NCBI GenBank assembly: GCA_035540975.1 | Contig: DATLFN010000136.1 | Coordinates: 856 to 64,855, forward strand | Source of the DNA: Acidimicrobiales bacterium | Lineage (GTDB): Bacteria > Actinomycetota > Acidimicrobiia > Acidimicrobiales > GCA-2861595 | Direction of reading: 5' to 3' | Length of the DNA stretch: 64,000 bases | In this document: piece after piece, positions 8,049 through 18,603 of the stretch | Position numbering within the stretch: position 1 is the stretch's first letter | Layout: every line of letters begins with the position of its first letter | Translations under genes and position numbers: made by a program | The notes under the pieces: model-generated | The model's database searches: none | Seen by the model: the letters and a program-made list of their open reading frames with translations, nothing else | Told to the model about the DNA's origin: nothing

Positions 8049-8959
8049 GCGCTGTCCTCCGCGCCGCCATGCCCCCGCCCGGGCCCCACGGCGGCGACGG
8101 CGCCCGGCTGGCCGCGGCCCTGGGCGTGGCCCCGGGCGAAGTACTCGACCTGTCGGCCAGCCTCAACCCGGCGGCTCCCGACCCCGGGCCCGTGGTGGCC
8201 CGCCACCTCGACGCCCTCGGCCGCTATCCCGACCCGGCCGCCGCCACCACTGCACTGGCCGGCGCCATCGGCGTCGATCCACGCCAGGTGCTCCTCACCA
8301 ACGGCGGGGCCGAAGCCATCGCGCTGGTGGCGGCGGAGTTGGGGGGCCACGTCGTCGAGCCCGAGTTCGCCCTCCACCCGCGCGGCGCGGGCGAACCCCG
8401 ATGGCGGTCGAACCCCCACAGCCCGACCGGGCGGCTGGCCGCAGGCGACGAGGTCGCCGGGGTCTGGGACGAGGCCTTCTACGCGCTGGCAACCGGCCGC
8501 TGGACTCGCGGTGACGCGGAGCACGGCGCGGTGGTGGTCGGCTCGCTCACCAAGCTCTTCGCCTGCCCGGGCCTGCGCCTCGGCTACGTGCTGGGCCCCG
8601 AAGGCGACCTCGTCGACCGGCTCCGGCACCGCCAGCCCCACTGGTCGGTGAACGGCCTGGCCGCGGCGGCACTGCCCGATCTCCTGGAAGGGGCCGATCT
8701 GGCAGGCTGGGCGGCCGCCGTCGCCCGCCTGCGGGCCGACCTCACCGGCCTGCTCGCCGACCACGGCCTCGACCCCCTGCCCTCCGACGCCAACTGGGTG
8801 CTGTGCGCCCGGGCCGGCGGGCTCCGGGCGCGCCTGGCGCCCCACGCTGTGCTGGTGCGCGACTGCGCCACCTTCGGCCTGACCGGCCACGCCCGAGTCG
8901 CCGTCCCTGACCACGCCGGCCTCGATCGCCTCGCCGCCGCCCTGGAGGCGACGGCATGA
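8045..8959 (+). CDS. cobC: L-threonine-O-3-phosphate decarboxylase (class I/II aminotransferase fold; actinobacterial CobC = Salmonella CobD)
   Basis: The C-terminal 304 codons of ORF 6665..8959 read HGGDGARLAAALGVAPGEVLDLSASLNP...LLTNGGAEAI...NPHSPTG...VVVGSLTKLFACPGLRLGY. GTG 8045 overlaps the cbiB stop. Confidence 0.8.
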   Translation: MSAVLRAAMPPPGPHGGDGARLAAALGVAPGEVLDLSASLNPAAPDPGPVVARHLDALGRYPDPAAATTALAGAIGVDPRQVLLTNGGAEAIALVAAELGGHVVEPEFALHPRGAGEPRWRSNPHSPTGRLAAGDEVAGVWDEAFYALATGRWTRGDAEHGAVVVGSLTKLFACPGLRLGYVLGPEGDLVDRLRHRQPHWSVNGLAAAALPDLLEGADLAGWAAAVARLRADLTGLLADHGLDPLPSDANWVLCARAGGLRARLAPHAVLVRDCATFGLTGHARVAVPDHAGLDRLAAALEATA

Positions 8960-8974
8960 GGGCGACGGCATGAG
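8947..8974 (+). repeat. 14-bp tandem duplication (ggcgacggcatgag x2) of the cobC-stop / cobQ-start junction
   Basis: Read directly. Copy 1 holds the cobC TGA (8957-8959) overlapped by an ATG (8956). Copy 2 holds the ATG used by cobQ (8970). The first ATG now opens only the short ORF MRATA-stop, whose TGA (8971-8973) overlaps the cobQ ATG. Confidence 0.9.
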
Positions 8975-10472
8975 AGGCGGGTTGATGGTGTGCGGCACCA
9001 CCAGCGACGCCGGTAAGAGCCACGTCGTCACCGGCCTGTGCCGACTGCTGGCCCGGCGGGGCGTGAAGGTCGCCCCCTTCAAGGCCCAGAACATGGCCCT
9101 CAACTCCTATGTCACCCCGAGCGGTCACGAGATCGGCCGGGCCCAGGGCGTGCAGGCGCTGGCTGCCGGCGCCGAGCCCGAGGTGGCCATGAACCCGATC
9201 CTGCTCAAGCCCACGGGGGAGCGCACCAGCCAGGTGGTGGTGCTCGGTCGCCCCGCCGGGCACCTCAGTGCCGTCGAGTACCACGACCGCAAGCCGGAGC
9301 TGCTGGCCACCGTGCTCGACTGCCTGGCCGACCTTCGCTTCCGATTCGACGTGGTCGTGGCCGAGGGCGCCGGCAGCCCGGCCGAGATCAACCTGTTGGA
9401 CCACGACATCGTGAACCTGCGGGTGGCGGCCGAGGCCGGCCTCCCCGCCATCGTGGTGGGCGACATCGACCGTGGCGGCGTGTTCGCCGCCCTCCACGGC
9501 ACCGTCGCCCTCCTCCCGGAGCACTACCGCCGGCTGGTGGGCGGGTTCGTGATCAACAAGTTCCGGGGCGACCCGGCCCTCCTGGGCGACGGCCTGGCCG
9601 AGCTGGAGCGGCGCTGCGGCGTGCCCACGCTCGGCGTGCTGCCCTTCGTGCACGGCGTGGCCCTCGACGCCGAGGACTCCCTCGCCCTGGCCGGCCACCG
9701 CCCGGCGCCCGACCGCCCGGCGGTGGCCGACAGCCTCGACGTGGCCGCCGTCGCCTTCCCCCGCCTGTCCAACTTCACCGACCTCGACGCCCTGGCCATC
9801 GAGCCGGGCGTCGGCGTCCGCCTGGTCGACTCGCCCGCCGCCCTCGGCGACCCCGACCTGGTGATCCTCCCCGGCACCAAGGCCACCGTCGCCGACCTCG
9901 ACTGGCTGCGGGGGCGCGGGCTCGACCTGGGCATCGCCGCCTGCCGGGAGCGGGGCGCGCTCGTGCTCGGCATCTGCGGCGGCTACCAGATGCTCGGGCG
10001 CACCATCTCCGACGAGGACCAGGTGGAGTCGGGCCGGGGCGAGGTGGCCGGCCTCGGCTGGCTCGACGTGGCCACCACCTTCGGGCCCGACAAGGTCACC
10101 CGCCAGCGGCGGGGCACGGCCATGGGCCGTCACGCAACCGGCTACGAGATCCACCACGGGATCACGAGCCGGGGCGACGGTGCCGCGCCGTGGGTGCACC
10201 TCGACGACGTGCACGGCACGGACGAGGACGGGGCGGTCGACCTCGGCGACGCCGGCGTCCTCGGCACCACCCTCCACGGCCTGTTCGAGCAGGACGGCTT
10301 CCGGGCCACGTTTCTCACCGAGGTCGGGCGCCGCCGTTCCAAGACCTTCGTGCCCGCCGGCGTCTCCTTCCCGGCCGCCCGCGAGGCGCAGTTCGACCGC
10401 CTGGCCGACCTGCTCGAGGCCCACCTCGACCTCGCCGCCCTCTTCTCCCTCGTCGAAAGCGGCTCCCCGTGA
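8970..10472 (+). CDS. cobQ: cobyric acid synthase (CobQ/CbiP)
   Basis: ORF 8970..10472 reads LMVCGTTSDAGKSHVVTGLCRLLARRG...APFKAQNMALNSYV...NPILLKP...VAEGAGSPAEINL...ICGGYQMLG. Confidence 0.92.
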   Translation: MRGGLMVCGTTSDAGKSHVVTGLCRLLARRGVKVAPFKAQNMALNSYVTPSGHEIGRAQGVQALAAGAEPEVAMNPILLKPTGERTSQVVVLGRPAGHLSAVEYHDRKPELLATVLDCLADLRFRFDVVVAEGAGSPAEINLLDHDIVNLRVAAEAGLPAIVVGDIDRGGVFAALHGTVALLPEHYRRLVGGFVINKFRGDPALLGDGLAELERRCGVPTLGVLPFVHGVALDAEDSLALAGHRPAPDRPAVADSLDVAAVAFPRLSNFTDLDALAIEPGVGVRLVDSPAALGDPDLVILPGTKATVADLDWLRGRGLDLGIAACRERGALVLGICGGYQMLGRTISDEDQVESGRGEVAGLGWLDVATTFGPDKVTRQRRGTAMGRHATGYEIHHGITSRGDGAAPWVHLDDVHGTDEDGAVDLGDAGVLGTTLHGLFEQDGFRATFLTEVGRRRSKTFVPAGVSFPAAREAQFDRLADLLEAHLDLAALFSLVESGSP

Positions 10473-13400
10473 TCCTCGTCCTCACCAACGCCGACACCGA
10501 GATCCTGGCCCTTCGCTCGATCGTGGAAGCCCTGCCCGGCGGCTTCCCCGCCGTCCGGGCGGCCAACCCGGCCACCCTCGACCGGCCGCCGCCGCTCGAC
10601 GGCGTGGAGGCGGTACTGGTGCGCCTCCTCGGGGGTCGCCGCGCCTGGGAGAGCCCCCTCGACGAGCTGCGCCGCCGGTGCGTGGCCGAAGGCATCCCCC
10701 TCTTGGCCTTCGGGGGCGAGGCGGTGCCCGACGCCGAGCTGGCCGGTCTGTCGACGGTGCCGGGCGGCACCCTGGCCCAGGCGTTCGCCTATCTGGTGCA
10801 CGGCGGGCTCGACAACATCGAGCACCTGCTGCGCTTCGCGGCCGACACCGTCCTGCGCCACGGCTTCGGGTTCGAGGCGCCGCGGCCGGTCCCGTCCGAG
10901 GGCGTGCTGGGCGAGGGCGACGGGGCCGCACGGCCCGTCGACCCGTCGCGGCCGACCGTCGCCATCGTGTTCTACCGGGCCCATCTGCTGGCCGGGAACA
11001 CCACCTTCGTCACCGACCTGGCCACCGCCGTCGAGGCCCGCGGCGCCAACGCCCTCCCGGTGTGGTGCTACTCGCTGCGCCCGGATGGCGACGGGCGGGT
11101 GCGGGCCCTCGAGCTGCTGGCCGAGCGGGGGGTCGACGCGGTGATCACCACCGTGCTGGCCATGGGCTCGACCCGCGGCGAGGAGTGGGATGCCTCCGCA
11201 CTGGCCGCCCTCGACGTGCCCGTCGTCCAGGCCATAGCGTCCACGGGGACCTCGGCGGCGTGGGAGGCGGGCAGCGCCGGCCTGGCGCCGGTCGACGTGG
11301 CCATGCAGGTGGCCATCCCCGAGTTCGACGGCCGCATCGTCGCCGTGCCGTTCTCGTTCAAGGAGACGGTGGACGACGCCGACGTCCTCGGCGCCCCCGT
11401 CACCGCCTACCGCACCCGGCCCGACCGGGTGGGCCGCGTGGCCGGCCTGGCGGTGCGGCAGGCGTCGCTGCGGCGGACCCCGGCGGGCGAGCGGCGCGTC
11501 GCCGTCGTCTTGTCCGCCTACCCCACCAAGCGCAGCCGGGTCGGCAACGCGGTGGCCCTCGACACCCCGACCAGCGTGGTCGCCCTGCTGCACTCGCTGC
11601 GCGACCGGGGGTACCGGGTCGACCGCATACCGGTTGACGGCGACGCCCTCATGGCCGAGCTGCTCGACGGGTTCGTCTACGACAACGACTGGCTCACCGA
11701 GGCCCAGTTGGCCCAGGCACCCGGCCGCTGGCCGGCCGGTCGCTACGCGGCCTGGTTCGCCACCCTGCCGGCGGCGACGCAGGGGGATCTCACGGCTGCG
11801 TGGGGCGACCCGCCCGGCTCCGTCCACCTCGACGCCGCCACCGACGAGCTCGTCTTCCCCGGCATCGACCTCGGCCACGTGCTGGTCACCGTGCAGCCGC
11901 CGCGCGGCTTCGGCGAGAACCCGATCGCCATCTACCACTCGCCCGACCTCGCCCCGACCCACCACTACCTGGCCTTCTACCGCTGGCTCGACGACGGCTG
12001 GGGGGCCGACGCCGTGGTCCACGCCGGAAAGCACGGGACCCTGGAATGGCTGCCGGGCAAGGGCCTCGGCCTGTCCGCCGGGTGCTACCCCGACGCCGCC
12101 CTCGGCGACATGCCCCTCGTCTACCCCTTCGTGGTGAACGACCCCGGCGAGGGGACCCAGGCCAAGCGTCGGGCCCACGCCGTCATCGTCGACCACCTGC
12201 TGCCCCCCATGACCAGGGCCGAGGCCTACGACGACACGGCCCGCCTGGAAGCCCTGCTCGACGAGCACGCCCGGGTGGCCTCGCTCGACCCGGCCAAGCT
12301 GCCGGCCATCCGCCGGCGGGTGTGGGACCTGCTGGTCGAGGCCGAGATCCACCGCGACCTCGGGCTGGGCGCCGCCCCCGAGGGCGACGCGTTCGACGAC
12401 CTCGTGCTCCACGTCGACGGCTACCTGTGCGAGCTCAAGGACGCCCAGATCCGCGGCGGCCTCCACGTGCTGGGCTCCCCTCCGGCGGGAGAGGCGGAGC
12501 TGGACCTCGTGCTCGCCCTCACCCGGCTGCCCCAGGGCGCCGTCCCGTCGCTGCGGGCCGAGCTGGCCCCGGACGCGCCGCGGGACGAGGTCGACCGGGC
12601 CGAGGCGGACAACCGCGCCGTGCTGGCCGGCCTCCAGACCGCCGGGTGGGCCTACGACGGCGACCACCCGACCCTGCGCTGGGTGTGTGACCGCCTCGTG
12701 CCCGCCCTGGCCCGCACCACCGACGAGCTGGCCGGCATCGCCGCCGCCCTCGACGGCCGCTTCGTGCCCGCCGGCCCGAGCGGCGCCCCCACACGGGGGA
12801 TGGCCCACGTGCTGCCCACCGGCCGCAACTTCTACTCGGTCGACCCCAAGGCCCTGCCGTCGCCGCTGGCCTACGAGGTGGGCACCGCGCTGGCGGACAA
12901 GCTGATCGAGCGCCACATGCAAGAGGAGGGCCGCCCGCCCGCCACCGTGGGACTGGTGGTGTGGGGCACGGCGGCCATGCGCACCATGGGCGACGACGTG
13001 GCCGAGGCCCTCGCCCTGCTCGGGGTGCGCCCGGTGTGGGCGGCCGAGTCGGGCCGGGTGACCGGCCTGGAGCTGGTGCCTGACGACGAGCTGGGCCGGC
13101 CCCGGGTGGACGTGGTGCTGCGCATCTCCGGGTTCTTCCGCGATGCCTTCCCCCACCTCGTCGAGCTGCTCGACGACGCCGTCCGCCTGGCCGGCTTCGG
13201 TGACGACCCCCGCATCTTCGGGGCCAAGCCGGGGGCGTACGGCTCGGGCATCCTGCCCCTCCTCGACTCGGGGGACTGGCGCAGCGACGACGACCTGGCC
13301 GCCGTCTACGAGGCATGGGGCGGCTTCGCCTACGGCCGGGCTGGGATGGGCGTGCCGGCGGTCGACGCCATGCGCCGGCGCTTCTCGACCATCGAGGTGG

Positions 13401-13924
13401 CGGTGAAGAACCAGGACAACCGTGAGCACGACATCTTCGACTCCGACGACTACCTCCAGGACCACGGCGGCATGGTGGCGACCATCCGCGCCCTCACCGG
13501 CGCCCAGCCCAAGGCGTGGTTCGGCGACTCGGCCGATCCCGCCCGGCCCCGTGTGCGCAGCCTGGCCGAGGAGGCGGCGCGGGTGGTGCGCACCCGGGTG
13601 CTCAACCCGAAGTGGATCGGCGCCATGCAGCGCCACGGGTACAAGGGGGCCTTCGAGCTGGCCGCCACCGTCGACTATTTGTTCGGCTACGACGCCACCG
13701 CCCAGGTGGTGGAGGACTGGATGTACGAGCGGGTGACGGCCGCCTACGTGGCCGATCCCGAGGTGCGCAAGTTCTTCGAGCTGTCGAACCCGTGGGCGCT
13801 GCGCTCGATCGCCGAGAAGCTCCTCGAAGCCGATGAGCGGGGCCTGTGGGACGCGTCGGCCGGGGCGCTGGCCACCCTGCGCGACGCCCTGCTGGAGGCC
13901 GAGGGATGGGAGGAGTCGCGATGA
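10469..13924 (+). CDS. cobN: cobaltochelatase large subunit CobN
   Basis: The last 1151 codons of ORF 9038..13924 begin at GTG 10469 (GTGA overlap with the cobQ stop): [17 protein letters not shown]...[11 protein letters not shown]...[14 protein letters not shown]...[11 protein letters not shown]...[19 protein letters not shown]. The first 477 codons of that ORF are an out-of-frame shadow of cobQ. Confidence 0.92.
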   Translation: MILVLTNADTEILALRSIVEALPGGFPAVRAANPATLDRPPPLDGVEAVLVRLLGGRRAWESPLDELRRRCVAEGIPLLAFGGEAVPDAELAGLSTVPGGTLAQAFAYLVHGGLDNIEHLLRFAADTVLRHGFGFEAPRPVPSEGVLGEGDGAARPVDPSRPTVAIVFYRAHLLAGNTTFVTDLATAVEARGANALPVWCYSLRPDGDGRVRALELLAERGVDAVITTVLAMGSTRGEEWDASALAALDVPVVQAIASTGTSAAWEAGSAGLAPVDVAMQVAIPEFDGRIVAVPFSFKETVDDADVLGAPVTAYRTRPDRVGRVAGLAVRQASLRRTPAGERRVAVVLSAYPTKRSRVGNAVALDTPTSVVALLHSLRDRGYRVDRIPVDGDALMAELLDGFVYDNDWLTEAQLAQAPGRWPAGRYAAWFATLPAATQGDLTAAWGDPPGSVHLDAATDELVFPGIDLGHVLVTVQPPRGFGENPIAIYHSPDLAPTHHYLAFYRWLDDGWGADAVVHAGKHGTLEWLPGKGLGLSAGCYPDAALGDMPLVYPFVVNDPGEGTQAKRRAHAVIVDHLLPPMTRAEAYDDTARLEALLDEHARVASLDPAKLPAIRRRVWDLLVEAEIHRDLGLGAAPEGDAFDDLVLHVDGYLCELKDAQIRGGLHVLGSPPAGEAELDLVLALTRLPQGAVPSLRAELAPDAPRDEVDRAEADNRAVLAGLQTAGWAYDGDHPTLRWVCDRLVPALARTTDELAGIAAALDGRFVPAGPSGAPTRGMAHVLPTGRNFYSVDPKALPSPLAYEVGTALADKLIERHMQEEGRPPATVGLVVWGTAAMRTMGDDVAEALALLGVRPVWAAESGRVTGLELVPDDELGRPRVDVVLRISGFFRDAFPHLVELLDDAVRLAGFGDDPRIFGAKPGAYGSGILPLLDSGDWRSDDDLAAVYEAWGGFAYGRAGMGVPAVDAMRRRFSTIEVAVKNQDNREHDIFDSDDYLQDHGGMVATIRALTGAQPKAWFGDSADPARPRVRSLAEEAARVVRTRVLNPKWIGAMQRHGYKGAFELAATVDYLFGYDATAQVVEDWMYERVTAAYVADPEVRKFFELSNPWALRSIAEKLLEADERGLWDASAGALATLRDALLEAEGWEESR

Positions 13925-15756
13925 GCACGACCGACACGACCGGCGGGTGTGTGCGGTTCCCGTTCAGCGCCGTCGTCGGCCACGACGACGTCAAGCTGGC
14001 CCTGCTCCTCAACGCCATGGACCCCCGCATCGGCGGCGTGCTCCTGCGGGGGCAGAAGGGCAGCGCCAAGACCACGCTGGCCCGGGGCCTCGCCACCCTG
14101 CTGCCCGGCCGGGCCCCGTTCGTCGAGCTGCCCCTCGGGGCCACCGAGGACCGCCTCATCGGCAGCCTCGACGTGGCCGCCGCCCTCGGGGAGGGCCGCC
14201 GCCTCTTCCGGCCCGGACTGCTGGCCGACGTGGACGGCGGCGTGCTCTACGTCGACGAGGTCAACCTCCTGGCCGACCACCTGGTCGACGTGCTCCTCGA
14301 CGTCGCCGTCAGCGGCGTGAACGTGGTCGAGCGGGAGGGCCTGTCCGAGTCGCACCCGGCCCGGTTCGTGATGGCCGGGTCGATGAACCCCGAGGAGGGC
14401 GACCTGCGGCCCCAGCTGCTCGACCGCTTCGGCCTGGCCGTCGACGTGGCCACCAGCGCCGATCCAGACGAGCGGGCCGAGGCGGTGCGCCGGCGCCTCG
14501 CCTTCGACGCCGACCCGGCCGCCTTCGCCTCCGCCTGGGCCGGTGAGGAGGACCGCCTGCGGGCCCGCCTGGCCGCCCACCGTCCCGCCGACCTGGCCCC
14601 CGGCCTGCTCACCCGCATCTCGGCGCTGTGCGCGTCGGTGGGGGCCGAGGGCCTGCGGGCCGACCTGGTGATCTGCCGGGCAGCCACCGCCCTGGCCGGC
14701 TGGGACGGCGAGGCCACCGCCACCGAGGAGCACGTACGGCGAGTCGCCCCCCTGGCACTGGCCCACCGGCGCCGGCGCTCCCCCTTCGACCAGCCCGGCG
14801 TCGACCAGCAGGCGATCGACGACGCCCTCCACGACCCCCCGCCAGACCAGCGCGACCCGCGCGACCCGAGCAACGTCGAGAGCCGGGACGGTGGCGGTGA
14901 CGGCCGTCGCGGCCCGGACGGTGATGGCGCAGCCGGGAGGCGGGCCGAGGCGGACGCCCCGGGCCGGGTGGTCGCCGTGCGGGCGGCCCGGACACGGTCC
15001 GACCACGAGGCCGGCGGTCGCCGTTCCACCGTCGAGGGGCCCCGGGGCCGCCTCGTGGGCAGCCGCGTGCCCGGCGGCCCACCGACGTCGGTCGCCGTCG
15101 GGGCCACGCTGCGCGCCACCGCCGAACGAGTCGCCGTCGGCGGCGGCCCGGCCGCCACCGAGGCCGGCGACCTGCGCGAGGCGGTGCGCGAGCAGCGGGC
15201 CGGCAACCTGCTCGTGCTGACGGTCGACGCCTCCGGCTCGATGGGCGCGGCCCGGCGTATGGAGGCGGTCAAGGGCGCCGTGGTGTCCCTGTTGCTCGAC
15301 GCCTACCAGCGCCGCGACCGCGTGGCCCTCGTCGCCTTCGGTGGCGAGGGCGCCGAGGTGGTGCTCCGGCCGACCAGCAGCGTCGAGGTCGCCTCGGCGC
15401 GGCTGGCCGACGTGGTCACCGGGGGTCGCACCCCGCTGGCCGCCGGGCTCGAGGCCGCCCTCGGTGTGTGCACGGCGGCGGCCGGAGGGGCCCACCGGCC
15501 CCTGCTCGTGCTGGTCTCCGACGGCCGGGCCACAGCCGCACCGCCCGGCGCCGACGATCCGTTGGCCGCCGCCCACCGGGTGGCGGCATCCATCGCCTCG
15601 CGTGGCCTCGACGCCGTCGTCATCGACGCCGAGGACGGACGGACCCGCCTCGGCCTGGCGCGCGGCCTGGCCGAGGCCATGGGCGCCCGCTACCTCGCCC
15701 TGCCCGAGCTGACCACCGGCGCCCTGAGCGGCGCCCTCCAGGCGGTACTGCCATGA
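13921..15756 (+). CDS. ChlI/ChlD-type AAA+ / vWA chelatase subunit fusion (partner of CobN)
   Basis: Starting at ATG 13921 (ATGA overlap with the cobN stop): [45 protein letters not shown]...LYVDEVNLL...[18 protein letters not shown] (AAA+). An acidic/Arg-rich linker follows, then a vWA domain ([12 protein letters not shown]...VALVAFGG...[10 protein letters not shown]). Confidence 0.88.
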   Translation: MSTTDTTGGCVRFPFSAVVGHDDVKLALLLNAMDPRIGGVLLRGQKGSAKTTLARGLATLLPGRAPFVELPLGATEDRLIGSLDVAAALGEGRRLFRPGLLADVDGGVLYVDEVNLLADHLVDVLLDVAVSGVNVVEREGLSESHPARFVMAGSMNPEEGDLRPQLLDRFGLAVDVATSADPDERAEAVRRRLAFDADPAAFASAWAGEEDRLRARLAAHRPADLAPGLLTRISALCASVGAEGLRADLVICRAATALAGWDGEATATEEHVRRVAPLALAHRRRRSPFDQPGVDQQAIDDALHDPPPDQRDPRDPSNVESRDGGGDGRRGPDGDGAAGRRAEADAPGRVVAVRAARTRSDHEAGGRRSTVEGPRGRLVGSRVPGGPPTSVAVGATLRATAERVAVGGGPAATEAGDLREAVREQRAGNLLVLTVDASGSMGAARRMEAVKGAVVSLLLDAYQRRDRVALVAFGGEGAEVVLRPTSSVEVASARLADVVTGGRTPLAAGLEAALGVCTAAAGGAHRPLLVLVSDGRATAAPPGADDPLAAAHRVAASIASRGLDAVVIDAEDGRTRLGLARGLAEAMGARYLALPELTTGALSGALQAVLP

Positions 15757-17267
15757 AGGCCCTGCTCGACGCCGTCGTGTTCGACATCGGCGGCACCCTC
15801 GTCACCGAGGCTGACCCCGGCACCCCCGTCGGTGACCTCGTGGTCGAGGTCCGCCGCGGGGCGGTCGACGACCTGAGCGCCCTGGCCGCCGCCGGCCTCG
15901 CCATCGGCGCCGCCACCAACACGGCGGTCATGCCCGAGGCCGAGGTCCGGGCCCTGCTCGTCCCGAGCGGGCTGGCCGATCTCCTGCCGGTCATCGCCAC
16001 GTCGTCCGACGCCGGCGCCGACAAGCCGGATCCGGCGGTGCTCCATCTCGCCCTCGAGCGCCTCGGCGTCGCCGACCCGGCTCGGGTGCTGTACGTCGGC
16101 GACCGCGACATCGACGTCACCGCCGCCGCAGCCGCCGGCATGCCCTTCGCCCCGATCGGCGACGGTCCGGTGATGGCTGCGGTCATGGCGTGGATCGACC
16201 GAGTGACCAGCGAGGTCATCGCCGACGCCGTGGTGGCCATCCGGCCGGTCGACGTCGAAGCGGAGCGGGCGGCCACCGAGCTGCAGGACCGGCTGACCAA
16301 GCCACGCGGCGCCCTCGGCCGGCTCGAATCCCTCGGCATCCGCCTGGCGGCGCTGGCCGGGGAGGTGCCTCCCCCCGTGCCCCATCCGGCGGCGGTGGCC
16401 GTGTTCGCCGGCGACCACGGGGTGCTCGCCCAGGGGGTGACCCAATGGCCCCAGGAGGTCACCGGCCAGATGGTCGCCAACTTCCTGGCCGGCGGCGCGG
16501 CAATAAACGTGCTGGCCGGCCAGGTGGGCGCCGAGGTGGTGGTCGTCGACATGGGCGTGGCCGGCATCCTCCCGGCTCACCCCGGGTTGCTCGACCGCAA
16601 GGTCCGGGCGGCCACCTGGGACCTGGCGGACGGGCCGGCCATGACGGTGGCCGAGGCCGGCCAGGCGGTGGCCGCCGGCATCGGCGTCGCCCGCCTTCTC
16701 GTCGAGCGGGGTGCCCGCTGCCTCGTCACCGGCGACATGGGCATCGGCAACACCACGCCTTCGGCCGCCCTGATCGCCGCCTTCACCGGTCGCCCGGCGG
16801 CCGAGGTGACCGGGAGGGGTACCGGAATCGACGACCCGACCCTGGCCCGCAAGGTGGCGGTGATCGAGCGGGCGCTGACCCGGGTGGGCCCCGGCGACGG
16901 GCCGCTCGCCGTGCTGGCCGAAGTGGGCGGCTTCGAGATCGCCGGGCTGGCGGGCTTCATCCTCGGTGGCGCGGCGGCCGGGGTGCCGATGGTCACCGAC
17001 GGCGTGATCGCCATGGCCGCGCTCCTCACCGCCTCCCGCATCGCCCCGACGGTGCTGCCCTGGTGCATCGCCGGGCACCGCTCCGTGGAGCCGGGTGCCA
17101 CCGTCGCCCTCGCCCACCTCGACCTCGAGCCCCTGCTCGACCTCGGCCTGCGGCTCGGCGAAGGCACCGGCGCCGTGCTGGCCCTGCCCATGGTGCAGGC
17201 GGCGGCCCGCATCCTGGGAGGGATGGCCACCTTCGACGCCGCCGGCGTGGTGGAGAAGGAGGGGTGA
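15753..17267 (+). CDS. cobT: HAD-superfamily hydrolase domain fused to nicotinate-nucleotide:dimethylbenzimidazole phosphoribosyltransferase (CobT)
   Basis: Starting at ATG 15753 (ATGA overlap with the chelatase stop). Residues 1-150 carry HAD motifs: [10 protein letters not shown] (DxGxT variant of motif I), [21 protein letters not shown]. The remainder is CobT: [12 protein letters not shown]...FAGDHGV...[15 protein letters not shown]...[11 protein letters not shown]. The protein is about 150 aa longer than a stand-alone CobT. Confidence 0.85.
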   Translation: MKALLDAVVFDIGGTLVTEADPGTPVGDLVVEVRRGAVDDLSALAAAGLAIGAATNTAVMPEAEVRALLVPSGLADLLPVIATSSDAGADKPDPAVLHLALERLGVADPARVLYVGDRDIDVTAAAAAGMPFAPIGDGPVMAAVMAWIDRVTSEVIADAVVAIRPVDVEAERAATELQDRLTKPRGALGRLESLGIRLAALAGEVPPPVPHPAAVAVFAGDHGVLAQGVTQWPQEVTGQMVANFLAGGAAINVLAGQVGAEVVVVDMGVAGILPAHPGLLDRKVRAATWDLADGPAMTVAEAGQAVAAGIGVARLLVERGARCLVTGDMGIGNTTPSAALIAAFTGRPAAEVTGRGTGIDDPTLARKVAVIERALTRVGPGDGPLAVLAEVGGFEIAGLAGFILGGAAAGVPMVTDGVIAMAALLTASRIAPTVLPWCIAGHRSVEPGATVALAHLDLEPLLDLGLRLGEGTGAVLALPMVQAAARILGGMATFDAAGVVEKEG

Positions 17268-17336
17268 CCTGGCACCGCCCGGGAGGCTCGTCCCTGGGCA
17301 CGTTGCCGTGCGGGATCCCGCCGCGATGGTGCGCCC

Positions 17337-18209
17337 GTGATCCGCTGCGGTGAGGGGTGGGCGCCGGGGACCTGCGGAGAGCTGGTGCAGGGCGTCCTTG
17401 CCGACGGCACCGAGTTCCAGGTGTCACTGCCCATCGACCGGGGCGCCCGGGTGGTCGTGCACGTCGAGCCAGCCGACCGGTCGGAGGTGCGGGGCCTGCC
17501 GGCGTGGTGCACCAAGGCGACCCGCGCCGCCGAGGCTGCGCTGGACGTTCTCGACGTGGGACCGCACCTGGTGCGGGTGGAGCGGTCGAGCGACCTTCCC
17601 GTCGCCAAGGGCCTCGGCTCGTCCAGCGCCGACATCGTCGCCACGGCGCGGGCCGTGGCCGCCGCCTTCGGGCGCTCGTTCGCCGCCGACGAGCTCGCTG
17701 CACTGGCGGGAGCCATCGAGCCGAGCGACCCGGTGATGCACGAGGGCGTCGTCGCCTCCCGCCGTCGCGGCGGCATCCTCTGCCGCTGGGACTGGTCACC
17801 GACGTTCACGGTGGCCGTCCTCGTACCCGTCGCCTATGCGACCACCCCCGCCCGGGCCGCGTCACGTGACCGGCCGGTCGCCGACGACGACCTGCTCCAC
17901 CTCCTCGAGTCCGGGGTCAGGGACCGCGACCCGGCGCCCTTCGTGGCCGCGGCCCGAACCTCGGCGCGGCGCAGCTCCCGGGCGGCCGACCCGATCGTGG
18001 AGCGGACCGCGGCGCACGTCGGGAGGCTCGGCGCGCTGGGGTTGAACGTGGCCCATACGGGTACCGCCACCGGACTGCTGTTCCCGGACACCGGAGCCGG
18101 ACGGGCGGCGGCGGCGGCGGCCGTCGATGACGCCGTCCTCACCGCCGGCCTAGCGGCCGCCTTCGTGGCCGTCACGCCGGCCCGGTACGCCGTGAGTGGG
18201 CTCGCGTGA
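17337..18209 (+). CDS. pduX: GHMP-family L-threonine kinase (PduX-like)
   Basis: ORF 17337..18209 reads GEGWAPGTCGELVQGVL...DLPVAKGLGSSSADIVATARAV (GHMP motif II). Its position at the end of the cob cluster fits supply of threonine phosphate. Confidence 0.7.
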   Translation: MIRCGEGWAPGTCGELVQGVLADGTEFQVSLPIDRGARVVVHVEPADRSEVRGLPAWCTKATRAAEAALDVLDVGPHLVRVERSSDLPVAKGLGSSSADIVATARAVAAAFGRSFAADELAALAGAIEPSDPVMHEGVVASRRRGGILCRWDWSPTFTVAVLVPVAYATTPARAASRDRPVADDDLLHLLESGVRDRDPAPFVAAARTSARRSSRAADPIVERTAAHVGRLGALGLNVAHTGTATGLLFPDTGAGRAAAAAAVDDAVLTAGLAAAFVAVTPARYAVSGLA

Positions 18210-18550
18210 GCAGGACCGGGCGACACCCGCCGACCTCGACGAGACGATCCACCGCAGTCGCGACGTCCTTCTCGGGTGATCCCGCCGACACTGCGGCGCT
18301 CCGCCGTGTCGTCGTCGCCCACGCGGCACCAAGCGCGGGCCTGTCCCGGCCCTGAGACTTCATCCTCATCGACGACTCGCACGTGAAGCGTAGGTTCGCA
18401 GCGCATGTGGCCGAAGAGCGGGCCGAGTCCGCCAGGCCCCGCGGCGCCGCCAGGCCGGTTCCTTCGCCGGCATCAAGATCGACGGCGTGCTCGGATCGTC
18501 GCTCCGGCGGCCGTCACACCTCATCACCGGAACTGCCGGGCGTACACGCG

Positions 18551-18583
18551 AGGAGGCCCGCAGCACAGGGCTGCGGGCCTCCT
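18551..18583. terminator. perfect 13-bp stem / 7-nt loop hairpin (aggaggcccgcag-cacaggg-ctgcgggcctcct)
   Basis: Read directly. It lies 21 nt downstream of the minus-strand gene that ends at 18604. There is no U-tract, so its function as an intrinsic terminator is inferred only. Confidence 0.5.
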
Positions 18584-18603
18584 GTACTTCGATCAGGAGA
18601 TGA

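Noticed and set aside
9038-10468. First 477 codons of the 1628-aa ORF that ends as CobN
   Set aside because: The sequence is Arg/Pro-rich nonsense that overlaps cobQ in another frame. CobN-like sequence begins exactly at GTG 10469, which overlaps the cobQ stop.
10142-13636. 1164-aa minus-strand ORF antisense to cobN
   Set aside because: It has no recognisable domain and a highly biased composition. The opposite strand encodes a complete CobN with conserved motifs.
18210-18550. 340-bp gap after pduX, scanned in all frames for a small gene
   Set aside because: Only short Arg/Ala-rich ORFs are present, with no RBS or motif. I left the gap unannotated.
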